Shown: positions 27,683 to 35,210 of the stretch, one piece after another
How the letters are laid out: the number at the start of each line of letters is the position of its first letter
Numbering within the stretch: position 1 is the stretch's first letter
Source of the DNA: a virus
Lineage: Duplodnaviria; Caudoviricetes
Reading direction: 5' to 3' (one strand)
Virus record (IMG/VR): IMGVR_UViG_3300025671_000227
Location: 1 to 35,248 of that record
Length of the DNA stretch: 35,248 nt
The notes under the pieces: generated by a model
The model's input: only the letters and a program-made list of their open reading frames with translations
Database searches by the model: none
Told to the model about the DNA's origin: nothing
Made by a program: the position numbers and the translations under genes

Positions 27683-27919
27683 TTAAGATATTTTAGCTAC
27701 ATTATTTTCTATGTCAAGTGATTTTGCCCAACCTTGCATAACCAAATTTGGTTGAGTTTTATTCCACTTACTTTCAGTTGGCACTTCACAAACAACATCA
27801 TCTACTCTGTAGCACTTTCCTCTAAAATGCACAGATAGACATTTGTATTGTTTGTAGTAGTGATAAAAGAATCTATATTTTTTTGCCATCGCTATTTCGC
27901 TTTTTAATGAAATACCCAA
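27683..27919 (-). CDS. Hypothetical phage protein (alternative start ATG 27889, MAKKYRFFYHY)
   Basis: Protein-like ORF in an AT-rich patch, co-oriented with neighbours. Confidence 0.7.
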   Translation of the reverse strand: MGISLKSEIAMAKKYRFFYHYYKQYKCLSVHFRGKCYRVDDVVCEVPTESKWNKTQPNLVMQGWAKSLDIENNVAKIS

Positions 27920-28092
27920 AATAATATTTGCATTGCTATTATAAATTCAAATAACAACACTACCAATCCAGACAGATAAACATCTACTTCTATTCCAAAT
28001 ACCTTGTAATCATTTCGTTCTAAAAACCTAACTGTTAACGCTAGGGGTATTACAAAGTACGCAATAATTCCGATTATGATTAACGCCATCAT
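27904..28092 (-). CDS. Small two-TM membrane protein (62 aa)
   Basis: Two hydrophobic stretches; AT-rich patch. Confidence 0.55.
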   Translation of the reverse strand: MMALIIIGIIAYFVIPLALTVRFLERNDYKVFGIEVDVYLSGLVVLLFEFIIAMQILFWVFH

Positions 28093-28189
28093 ATTTTGTG
28101 ATTGTAGTTTTTATTTATATCAATCATAAGTTTTAATTTTTCAAATTAATTTTGACATCGCTCAAATATTTAATTATTAGTTCTATATT

Positions 28190-28816
28190 TTACTTATTAT
28201 ATTCAAAATTTCTAACTCTTATTGTTCCGTTCTTTGCACTTACAATCGGGATTATTCTGTCGGTGGAGTCAATGTCTTTGAACCTTCTTACCCTTACTCC
28301 GTTGTAGAAAATATCAACGTGTCTATCCCAAATCATTTCGTAAGTGAACCAATCTGTAAACTTCCACCCCCTGAAAACCTTGTTAAACCAATTAAGATGA
28401 TTTTTGCCACCCTTTTGAAAGTGAGTGCTTGTTCCGTAGTTTAGCCCGAAGTGGAGATTGCTTTGCATCTTTTTTCCGTAGTAGACCTCTACTACGTCAA
28501 TCTCTGGCATGATGTAGTTCTCACTCACAAACCAAAGTGGTGCTGAGTGAAAGCCTTGATTTACCTCTTCCACCTTTGCCTCTATTTTGTAGTGACCCCT
28601 TTGAAAACTATTTGTTGGGATTAACGCTGTTCCGCTTTGAGTAACAGGTAACATTGCATCAACAGAACCTAACTTAGCCCAATCTGTCTCTATTTCTTTT
28701 CCGTTGTGGTGAAGTAGTAGTTCGTTGTCTCCTAACTCTGTCACTGACCCTAACTCCAAAGCTACATCTTCGGGACAGTACCAAAGCCTCTTTTGAAAAT
28801 CTTTTAGCTGTATCAT
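28190..28816 (-). CDS. Glycoside hydrolase family 16-like (ConA/laminarinase fold) protein
   Basis: GHYKIEAK..APLW..PEIDVVEVY carries the GH16 catalytic E-I-D-x-x-E motif; also QSNLHFG and YEMIW..VDIFYNG. Confidence 0.8.
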   Translation of the reverse strand: MIQLKDFQKRLWYCPEDVALELGSVTELGDNELLLHHNGKEIETDWAKLGSVDAMLPVTQSGTALIPTNSFQRGHYKIEAKVEEVNQGFHSAPLWFVSENYIMPEIDVVEVYYGKKMQSNLHFGLNYGTSTHFQKGGKNHLNWFNKVFRGWKFTDWFTYEMIWDRHVDIFYNGVRVRRFKDIDSTDRIIPIVSAKNGTIRVRNFEYNK

Positions 28817-28820
28817 GTCA

Positions 28821-28828
28821 CAAATATA
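28821..28828 (-). promoter_or_regulatory. -7 element TATATTTG, near-leaderless promoter of GH16 gene
   Basis: TAnnTTTG only 4 nt before ATG 28816. Confidence 0.65.
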
Positions 28829-28839
28829 GTTTTTTTTTA

Positions 28840-29095
28840 GATAAACAGCTATTGCTCCGTAAAAAGTTCGACTGTTTGTAACTATAACTGCTAGTAAACT
28901 AACTGCTTAGAGCTAAGGAACTCTGAGCAGTAACTAGAGAAAAAGCCACTATAGTCTAATGAACGCGTGTGCGTGTACGCGAGGCAAAAAACCATAGTGT
29001 GACTCCACCCCTGCTTGTCGCTTAAGTGACCCGTCGCAGTTTGCTTTTTGTTTAGGCACGCCACTAACTCGCCTACCGAGAACTTTTAACTCGAT
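28840..29095. other. Structured non-coding block at the strand switch (candidate origin or ncRNA)
   Basis: No ORF >=60 aa; chain of inverted repeats, e.g. ACTGCTTAGAG/CTCTGAGCAGT (28902-28931) and CACTAT..CGCGT/ACGCG..ATAGTG (28947-28999). Confidence 0.5.
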
Positions 29096-29101
29096 GTTTT
29101 G

Positions 29102-29109
29102 CAAAGGTA
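29102..29109 (-). promoter_or_regulatory. -7 element TACCTTTG pointing into the non-coding block
   Basis: TTACCTTTGCA on minus strand; nearest downstream gene is ~285 nt away and has its own promoter. Confidence 0.6.
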
Positions 29110-29152
29110 AGTAAAAAAATTATGAAATCCAAATGATAAGTGAAAATTTATT

Positions 29153-29160
29153 TATATTTG
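29153..29160 (+). promoter_or_regulatory. -7 element TATATTTG, near-leaderless promoter of HNH gene
   Basis: TAnnTTTG 5 nt before ATG 29166. Confidence 0.7.
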
Positions 29161-29165
29161 CTTTA

Positions 29166-29708
29166 ATGAAGTACACATCAGAAGACGAAGATTACGACTA
29201 CGACAGTCTAAACAGAAAAGCTTTAGAGACTGATTTCAAAGCTATAATTAGGCACAGGAGAAGGCTTTCTTATACTGAGTTTGATATATTGGGAATAAAA
29301 CCAATTCGTGATTTTAAGGAAGAAATAGAAATAGACAACCTAACAAACAAGCAGTTAATGCTTTTTATAGAGTGCGATGATGAGAAAAAGCGCATGGCAA
29401 AAAAGCATAGAAGGGTGTCTATTCGTGGAGATAGGTCTAAGAGAAATAAAAGGCAGCCGAAACACCGAAATAAGAAAAAGGTTAAGAGTTCACATAAGAA
29501 AGCTTACGATAAGTACATAGATAGCGACCAATGGACAATGATGCGTTGGGGTCTGTTTTACAAGCGTGGGGAGAAGTGCGAGCGATGTGGAAAAACTGAG
29601 AATATACAAGTTCATCACAAAACATACGAAAATCTTTTTAGGGAGAAATTTGCTGATTTAGAGATACTTTGCAAAGAATGCCACAGAAAAGAGCATGGAC
29701 TTAGTTAA
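29166..29708 (+). CDS. HNH endonuclease with long basic linker (180 aa)
   Basis: YDKYIDSDQW..CERCG..IQVHHKTY..DLEILCKECHRKEH. Start moved to ATG 29166 because the promoter lies inside the track's first 11 codons. Confidence 0.88.
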   Translation: MKYTSEDEDYDYDSLNRKALETDFKAIIRHRRRLSYTEFDILGIKPIRDFKEEIEIDNLTNKQLMLFIECDDEKKRMAKKHRRVSIRGDRSKRNKRQPKHRNKKKVKSSHKKAYDKYIDSDQWTMMRWGLFYKRGEKCERCGKTENIQVHHKTYENLFREKFADLEILCKECHRKEHGLS

Positions 29709-29726
29709 TTGTAAGATATTTTTCTT

Positions 29727-29734
29727 TATGTTTG
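29727..29734 (+). promoter_or_regulatory. -7 element TATGTTTG
   Basis: TAnnTTTG followed by C, intergenic, after the HNH stop. Confidence 0.6.
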
Positions 29735-29780
29735 CTCCGAACAAATTTTTAACCAAGTGTTAAAGTTCAAGTTTTGAGGT

Positions 29781-29808
29781 AGCGGGGGTTTAGTCGCCCC
29801 CGCTTTTT
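29781..29808 (+). terminator. Intrinsic terminator-like hairpin
   Basis: AGCGGGGG-TTTAGTCG-CCCCCGCT-TTTT. Confidence 0.7.
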
Positions 29809-29818
29809 AAACAAGTTT

Positions 29819-30004
29819 ATGGTAAATCAAGAAGAAATACAAAAAGAAATAGATAGGTTAGCTGTTATTCGTAACACAGAAGCTAAGATGTTTATATTGG
29901 GTAAATACGATAACTTAATAGAACCTGACAGAAGAAAAAGACTTGAAAACCACGCTATGTTGGTTGGAAAGATGGAAGCTTTACAATGGGTAATTGAAGA
30001 ATAG
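29819..30004 (+). CDS. Hypothetical protein (61 aa)
   Basis: ATG with A/T-rich leader; stop directly abuts next ATG. Confidence 0.7.
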   Translation: MVNQEEIQKEIDRLAVIRNTEAKMFILGKYDNLIEPDRRKRLENHAMLVGKMEALQWVIEE

Positions 30005-30274
30005 ATGAGACCACTACCAAAAGAGTTTGACGGAAAAGGAGAGGTAAAGGGATACACTTTTACCCAAGTTGTAAAAGAGCCGTTTGGGTACATATACCGA
30101 GTGGACGGAGGAAGTAAAACAAGGTACGAGGTGTTTAAACACAAAGAGAACGAGCGGTACGGTATTGTCCGTTACCCTCGCTCTCAGCACTTTGGAAAGT
30201 GGGCTTACTGGACTTTTGACTTTGAACGAGCAAAAGAAATATTGTTGAAAAGATGGAAGAAAAAAGAGTCGTAA
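30005..30274 (+). CDS. Hypothetical phage protein (89 aa)
   Basis: LPKEFDGKGEVKGYTFTQ..YEVFK..YP.S.HFGKWA; coupled to neighbours. Confidence 0.8.
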   Translation: MRPLPKEFDGKGEVKGYTFTQVVKEPFGYIYRVDGGSKTRYEVFKHKENERYGIVRYPRSQHFGKWAYWTFDFERAKEILLKRWKKKES

Positions 30275-30420
30275 CGTACTTTGGAAATATTATCTTTGAC
30301 GGAGTTGCACTTTACGGAAAAGAGGCAAACGTGAATTGGGAGAAAGGTTCTGTCGTTAGTCTTGATTTCGGAAGTGGAAAAACAGTAGAAGTTTTTAAAT
30401 CAGAAGTAAAATATGTCTGA
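30253..30420 (+). CDS. Small hypothetical protein (55 aa), not in ORF track
   Basis: Hand translation MEEKRVVTYFGNIIFDGVALYGKEANVNWEKGSVVSLDFGSGKTVEVFKSEVKYV fills the gap and overlaps both neighbours. Confidence 0.7.
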   Translation: MEEKRVVTYFGNIIFDGVALYGKEANVNWEKGSVVSLDFGSGKTVEVFKSEVKYV

Positions 30421-30772
30421 GTACGATTGGGACAATTACGTAGATTACCTTGAGAAAAAATACCGAGGGACTACACAGGTGAAAAATTTAGTGGATTTGC
30501 TTTACGACATAAAGCCAAGCAAACTACACAAGGTACACTCTCTTTACTCAAAGAAGCTACCACCGCAACCGTCAAGGTTCAAAGAAATGCTAGCGCTTGT
30601 CTTTAACAACCCCGATTTGCTTGGGGTGGTAAGGGTAGAGCAACACTGCTACAAAATCTTTGAACACAGATTGATGCACCCTGAGACTTTGGCTGATTTT
30701 ATTAACGATTGCGACAGATACGGTTATAGACTGTTTTGGCAAAAAGAAGTGTACAATGAATACCTTATTTGA
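30413..30772 (+). CDS. Hypothetical protein (119 aa)
   Basis: Operonic ORF overlapping both neighbours. Confidence 0.75.
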   Translation: MSEYDWDNYVDYLEKKYRGTTQVKNLVDLLYDIKPSKLHKVHSLYSKKLPPQPSRFKEMLALVFNNPDLLGVVRVEQHCYKIFEHRLMHPETLADFINDCDRYGYRLFWQKEVYNEYLI

Positions 30773-31178
30773 CGAACTACAAGATGGCGTACAAGCGGTA
30801 GCTAAGTGGTACAGAACAGAGGCTTCTAATCCTGAGATTAACCCAAACCTTATTGTTTCGGCTCAGATTAAGTTAACCTCTTACATTTCCACTATTGCCG
30901 CCCAAGAAGTAGCAGCTAAAAGAGAGGCAACCCAAAGTAAACTTAACTACGAGTTTGAACACTTTAGCTCTGTCTCAAAGGTTAAAAAAGACCTACAGTG
31001 TAGCAACGCAGAAGCCGAGCGAGTTTCAGAACTAGAAACGTTTGAGTTAAAGCGGGTTTACAAAGAGTTAGAGGACGACCACCACGCTTGGAGGACTTTG
31101 TACGCAAGTTCAAAAGTGTTTTGGGAGCAGCTTCGCTCGCACCTTTCGTACATAAAAGAACAACTTGGAAATGAGTAA
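30756..31178 (+). CDS. Hypothetical coiled-coil protein (140 aa)
   Basis: All-helical operonic ORF upstream of the recombination nuclease. Confidence 0.75.
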   Translation: MNTLFDELQDGVQAVAKWYRTEASNPEINPNLIVSAQIKLTSYISTIAAQEVAAKREATQSKLNYEFEHFSSVSKVKKDLQCSNAEAERVSELETFELKRVYKELEDDHHAWRTLYASSKVFWEQLRSHLSYIKEQLGNE

Positions 31179-31425
31179 AAAGAAGCTAAACGTAGAAAGG
31201 GACTTTGAGTTAATAGACAAGGTTATAAGAGGCGCTTTTGAGCAGATGCTTGGGAGAGATATTCAAGACGCTGTTATAAAAGAAAGCGAGTTAAACGTTT
31301 ACGTTTCTTTTTGCGGAAGAATAGCTAACTTCCTTTTCAACTACACAAAGATGAGCCAAGAAGAGGTGGAGAAATCAATCCAACGCACCGAGCAGTTTTA
31401 CAACATTACTTTAGAGAAATCTTGA
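31171..31425 (+). CDS. Hypothetical protein (84 aa)
   Basis: ATG 31171 overlapping upstream stop region. Confidence 0.7.
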   Translation: MSKKKLNVERDFELIDKVIRGAFEQMLGRDIQDAVIKESELNVYVSFCGRIANFLFNYTKMSQEEVEKSIQRTEQFYNITLEKS

Positions 31426-32123
31426 ATAAACCCACATATTCTTTCTCTAGGCTGTCGTCTTTTGACGAGTGCTACTTAATGTTTAAGTACAACTACGTTG
31501 ACGAATTAAAGGGCGAGGCTAACTTCTTCAACGAAATGGGTAGTTTAGCACACCTTATCTTTGAGTTAAAGGACAAAGGAAAGATAACCGACTGTGGTAA
31601 AGCTTGGGAAACGGGTTACATAAAAAGAGTTCGGGGACACGAACAGGAGTGGTACGAGAGTTGGTACATGGACTGTTATAGTTTCTTTAAAAGCTGGAAC
31701 GGACACGAACAAGAGGCTACTTGGATAGAAGAACACAGCGTTTCAGATTTCGGAGACTTTCTGTTTCAAGGATACGTTGACAGACTTCACCTCGGAGAAA
31801 AAGGTTTTGTTATTACTGACTACAAAGTATCAAAGCCGTTTTTAAAAAAAGACATTGTAAAGAAAAGAAGGCAACTCTATTTGTATTCTCTTTTTGTTAA
31901 GGAAAAGCTTGGTGAATATCCCGCCGAGCTTTCCTTTTTTTTCTTTCGCCAAAATAAAAAGCTTAACTTTGATTTCAATAAAAGCGATTACAGCGAAGCG
32001 ATAGATTGGGCAAAAAGAACTTTTGAGAGAATCCAAAAAGAAGAAGAGTTACTAATAAAAGACGGTAACGACTATTTCTGTTCAAGCGTTTGTAGCTTTA
32101 GGAATATTTGTGAAAAAAGATAG
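31422..32123 (+). CDS. PD-(D/E)XK nuclease, Cas4/AddB-like
   Basis: YSFSRL..FDEC; GSLAH; E..GYVDRL..ITDYK; RQLYLYS; C-terminal CSSVCSFRNIC (Fe-S cysteines). Confidence 0.9.
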   Translation: MNKPTYSFSRLSSFDECYLMFKYNYVDELKGEANFFNEMGSLAHLIFELKDKGKITDCGKAWETGYIKRVRGHEQEWYESWYMDCYSFFKSWNGHEQEATWIEEHSVSDFGDFLFQGYVDRLHLGEKGFVITDYKVSKPFLKKDIVKKRRQLYLYSLFVKEKLGEYPAELSFFFFRQNKKLNFDFNKSDYSEAIDWAKRTFERIQKEEELLIKDGNDYFCSSVCSFRNICEKR

Positions 32124-32143
32124 CCAAACTAAAGAAATTTAAC

Positions 32144-32151
32144 TATATTTG
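32144..32151 (+). promoter_or_regulatory. -7 element TATATTTG
   Basis: TATATTTGCA intergenic, 23 nt before ATG 32175. Confidence 0.75.
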
Positions 32152-32174
32152 CAACACACAAAAATTAAATAAAA

Positions 32175-32540
32175 ATGAGTGATATAATTAGACAAGTGGG
32201 AACAATCTCACACATCAGCGCCCCTGAAAACGGGCAATCAAACGGAAAGCCTTGGACAAAGCAAACCGTTGTTATCGACGTTAACGTAACAACAAAAGAC
32301 GGAAATTCTTTTGAGAGAAAAGTAGCGGCAGAAGCTTTTAACAAAGACCTTTCTAACTTTCGGGTTGGGCAAAAAGGTACTCTGTCCCTAATTATATCGG
32401 CACGTGAGTACAACGGAACTTGGTACACTAACCCTAAGTTTATTGGCTTTGACCCCGAACAAGGGCAAACAGCTTCTCAAACGCAAGCCGTTCCGCAAAA
32501 AGAATCAGCTAACGACGCTAACGATAATTTGCCGTTCTGA
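32175..32540 (+). CDS. DUF3127-family OB-fold / SSB-like protein
   Basis: GQSNGKPWTKQTVVI, SAREYNGTWYTN, acidic SSB tail DNLPF. Confidence 0.85.
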   Translation: MSDIIRQVGTISHISAPENGQSNGKPWTKQTVVIDVNVTTKDGNSFERKVAAEAFNKDLSNFRVGQKGTLSLIISAREYNGTWYTNPKFIGFDPEQGQTASQTQAVPQKESANDANDNLPF

Positions 32541-32545
32541 TAGAT

Positions 32546-33109
32546 ATGCCTAAGTCAAAAATAACGAGAGTAGAAGAGTCGTCCCGTCCTTGGAATAACC
32601 CCCAAGGCGGAACGATTTACTACCGCACTATCGAGTTTGAAAACGGAGACGTTGGTTCTATTGGTACAACAAAAGAGATAGTTCCCGATTGGATGCAAGA
32701 GGGAAAAATCTTAGAGTACACAAAAGACAAAACAAAGATAAAGCGGGTAAACGAGAAACCAAGTTTCGGTGGTGGTGGGTTCAAAAAGAAGGACAACACT
32801 AAATCTTGGGAGTCTATTTCGGGTATGTTTAAACTCAACGCTTTAGAGTGTGCGGTTGAAACAGAAAGCTACAACAGCGGGGTATCCCGTAACGATGCGC
32901 TTGTAAAGTACCTTGAGTTCCTTTGCGATATTCCAGACAGCTACAAAAGCGGAATTGACAAGTGGGGCAAAGAGTCGGAACACCTTATCGTTAGAATGGG
33001 TGTAACAAAGAGAGTGGCACAACTATTTAAGGTTGACAAATCCATGACCCTAGATACTATCGTTTCTAAGTGTAACGAGTATCTTTCTTGGGTGTCTAAG
33101 CCTCTGTAA
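32546..33109 (+). CDS. Hypothetical protein with N-terminal OB-like domain (possible second ssDNA-binding protein)
   Basis: Beta-rich N-terminus (WNNPQGGTIYYRTIEFENGDVG), Gly linker (SFGGGGFKK), helical C-terminus; replication context. Confidence 0.6.
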   Translation: MPKSKITRVEESSRPWNNPQGGTIYYRTIEFENGDVGSIGTTKEIVPDWMQEGKILEYTKDKTKIKRVNEKPSFGGGGFKKKDNTKSWESISGMFKLNALECAVETESYNSGVSRNDALVKYLEFLCDIPDSYKSGIDKWGKESEHLIVRMGVTKRVAQLFKVDKSMTLDTIVSKCNEYLSWVSKPL

Positions 33110-33129
33110 AAAGAGGGCAATTTTTTTTT
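33100..33129 (+). terminator. Weak terminator-like hairpin before primase-helicase
   Basis: GCCTCT-GTAAAA-AGAGGGC then AA and T9. Confidence 0.4.
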
Positions 33130-33145
33130 CAAAAAGCAAATAGAG

Positions 33146-34972
33146 TTGAACGAAAAGATAAGCGTGTACGAGAATATCAAGGAAGTTAAAAACGGCTACA
33201 CCATAACCGTTAAGACTGCCCTTGACAGGATAAAAACAGGAAAAAGCAAGGAGCTTCTGCTTGATATTCGCAAAGCAAAAACAAAAAAGGAAAAGAACGC
33301 ACTAAAAGCAAACTTACCTTCTGTTACTTTTTCAGGAACTTTTACCGAGCGTAACGACGAGTCTTTAAAAGAGGCGAGTGGTTATATGGTATTGGATTTT
33401 GACGACGTTAAAAGCGTTGAAGCCAAGAAGAAAGAACTATCTAACAACTCTTACGTGTTTGCTTGTTGGGAGTCTCCTTCGGGTAACGGGGTAAAAGCTT
33501 TGATAAAGATAGCTAACCCAAAGAAGTTTAAAGAACACTTCAAAGAGGTAGAAAAGGAGTTCAAAGGTATAGACCCGTCTGGAAAGAACATATCAAGGGT
33601 TTGTTACGAGTCCTTTGACCCCGACATCTACATAAACCAAAACGCAAAAGTTTTTTCTAAAGTTCCGCAACAAGACGGGTACACCGTTAAGAATTGGGAC
33701 AGCGTAAACAAAGCTTTACGCAAAATTGAAGACTCAATAGAAGGAGAAAAGCACGACGTAAGAATACGAATATCTTATCTGTTCGGAGGTTGGGTCGCTT
33801 CGGGAGAAATGACTTATGACGACGCACACAGGTTGCTTATAAACGCTGTTCTAAAAAACACAGAAGACCCTGAGTTAGCAATAAAAGATGTTGAAGACTC
33901 TTTGAGAGAGGGTATGAAAAGCCCTTGCTCTATGACCAAACAAAACGAAATACTTAGTATGCGTGTTGGGGTCGGAAAGCTTTGGGTGACAATGACAGAT
34001 GTTGCTAAAGAGGTAGAAGAGTTTCAAAGAAAAGGGTACGAGCGTGGAGAGAGTTGTGGCTTTTCAAGTGCTGACGATTATATTTCCTTTCTTCCTTCCG
34101 CTGTTACTTACATATACGGAGCGCCTTATAGTGGAAAATCAAACTTCACTCACGAAGTTTGCATGAACTTGAGCGAAAGCAAAGGTTGGAAGTGGGTGCT
34201 TTTAACTCCCGAAACAGGAACGCCAGCCCAAGTCTACGGAGAGTTAATGTCGATTAAAGCAAAAAAGAGTTTTGTAGCGGGGGGTGTTGTTGACCAAGAA
34301 GCGGCTCGGTTTGTCCGAGACCACTTTATCGTGCTTGATACAAAAGGCGCTGAGTTTTACCTTAAAGACTTCTGTAACCAAGTCGAAGGAATAGAGCGAG
34401 AACTTAATATAAAAATAAACGGAACGGTAATAGACCCACACAACTACCTTGACTTTGACCTTAATTTGCGTGAAGACAGAGCTATTGGAAAAGACCTTGA
34501 CTTAATGTTGGCAGACGCAAGAAAGAACGCTCGTCACAACATCTTAGTCACCCACGTAAGAGACCAACAGTTGCGGTTTATAAAAGACAACCAAGGGCAA
34601 GTCTCTAGGTCTTACTACCCTGCTGCTTCTCCGCGTGAGATACAGTACGGACAGATTTTTTTTAGAAAGGGAATGCAAATGATTTCCGCTTGGAGACCGC
34701 TTGACATCGAGGGTGAACCACTACCCGATAGCACGGGGGTTGATTACGACTCAAACGAAACACACTTTATCGTACATAAGTCCAAACCAAAAGGAATTGG
34801 AAGGACGGGAACTTTTAAGCTTTGGTACGACGTTGATAAAAACAGATACTACGAAAAGGCAATAAACGGAGAGCCTAAGTACGCTTTTGGAAACGTTATC
34901 TACAACCCTAACAAATTTATTGAGCCGTCGGTAGAGTTTGAAGACGTGCCTGAGTACAAAGAATCAACATAA
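33146..34972 (+). CDS. Primase-helicase: BT4734/VirE-N type AEP primase fused to DnaB-like SF4 helicase
   Basis: KANLPSVTFSGTF, SGYMVLDFDD, SPSGNGVKALI, DPSGKNISRVCYESFDP; Walker A GAPYSGKS, Walker B VIDPHN, LVTH, HKSKPKGIGRTG. Confidence 0.92.
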   Translation: MNEKISVYENIKEVKNGYTITVKTALDRIKTGKSKELLLDIRKAKTKKEKNALKANLPSVTFSGTFTERNDESLKEASGYMVLDFDDVKSVEAKKKELSNNSYVFACWESPSGNGVKALIKIANPKKFKEHFKEVEKEFKGIDPSGKNISRVCYESFDPDIYINQNAKVFSKVPQQDGYTVKNWDSVNKALRKIEDSIEGEKHDVRIRISYLFGGWVASGEMTYDDAHRLLINAVLKNTEDPELAIKDVEDSLREGMKSPCSMTKQNEILSMRVGVGKLWVTMTDVAKEVEEFQRKGYERGESCGFSSADDYISFLPSAVTYIYGAPYSGKSNFTHEVCMNLSESKGWKWVLLTPETGTPAQVYGELMSIKAKKSFVAGGVVDQEAARFVRDHFIVLDTKGAEFYLKDFCNQVEGIERELNIKINGTVIDPHNYLDFDLNLREDRAIGKDLDLMLADARKNARHNILVTHVRDQQLRFIKDNQGQVSRSYYPAASPREIQYGQIFFRKGMQMISAWRPLDIEGEPLPDSTGVDYDSNETHFIVHKSKPKGIGRTGTFKLWYDVDKNRYYEKAINGEPKYAFGNVIYNPNKFIEPSVEFEDVPEYKEST

Positions 34973-34999
34973 CAAACGACCTTAAAAATAGATACTTTT

Positions 35000-35206
35000 G
35001 TGGGAGTGTTAATCGAAATCTACAACTCAAAAACTGGGGAACTTGAACCTCACGAAGTTAACGATTCTGTTGGTACTTTAATCCTTCAGTTGCAGATGGA
35101 GTGCGACCTACTAGACGCTGAAAACGAATATTTAAACAACACTTTAAAAACACCAATATATGAGTACAACGAAAACGGAGCAATCGAATTTAGACACCCT
35201 AGCTGA
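35000..35206 (+). CDS. Hypothetical protein (68 aa)
   Basis: GTG start overlapped by TACTTTTG (34993-35000); co-oriented. Confidence 0.6.
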   Translation: MGVLIEIYNSKTGELEPHEVNDSVGTLILQLQMECDLLDAENEYLNNTLKTPIYEYNENGAIEFRHPS

Positions 35207-35210
35207 AAAA

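Noticed and set aside
27650-28190. Second AT-rich patch as another cassette array
   Set aside because: No AAC...GTT hairpin sites or cross-complementary ends were found around these ORFs.
30291-30298. TATCTTTG as a promoter
   Set aside because: Lies inside the 55-aa ORF 30253-30420 (Ile-Ile-Phe-Asp codons); may be chance.
31422-32123. Cas4-like gene as evidence of a CRISPR system
   Set aside because: No repeat-spacer array or other cas genes seen; solo Cas4-like nucleases are common in phage replication modules.
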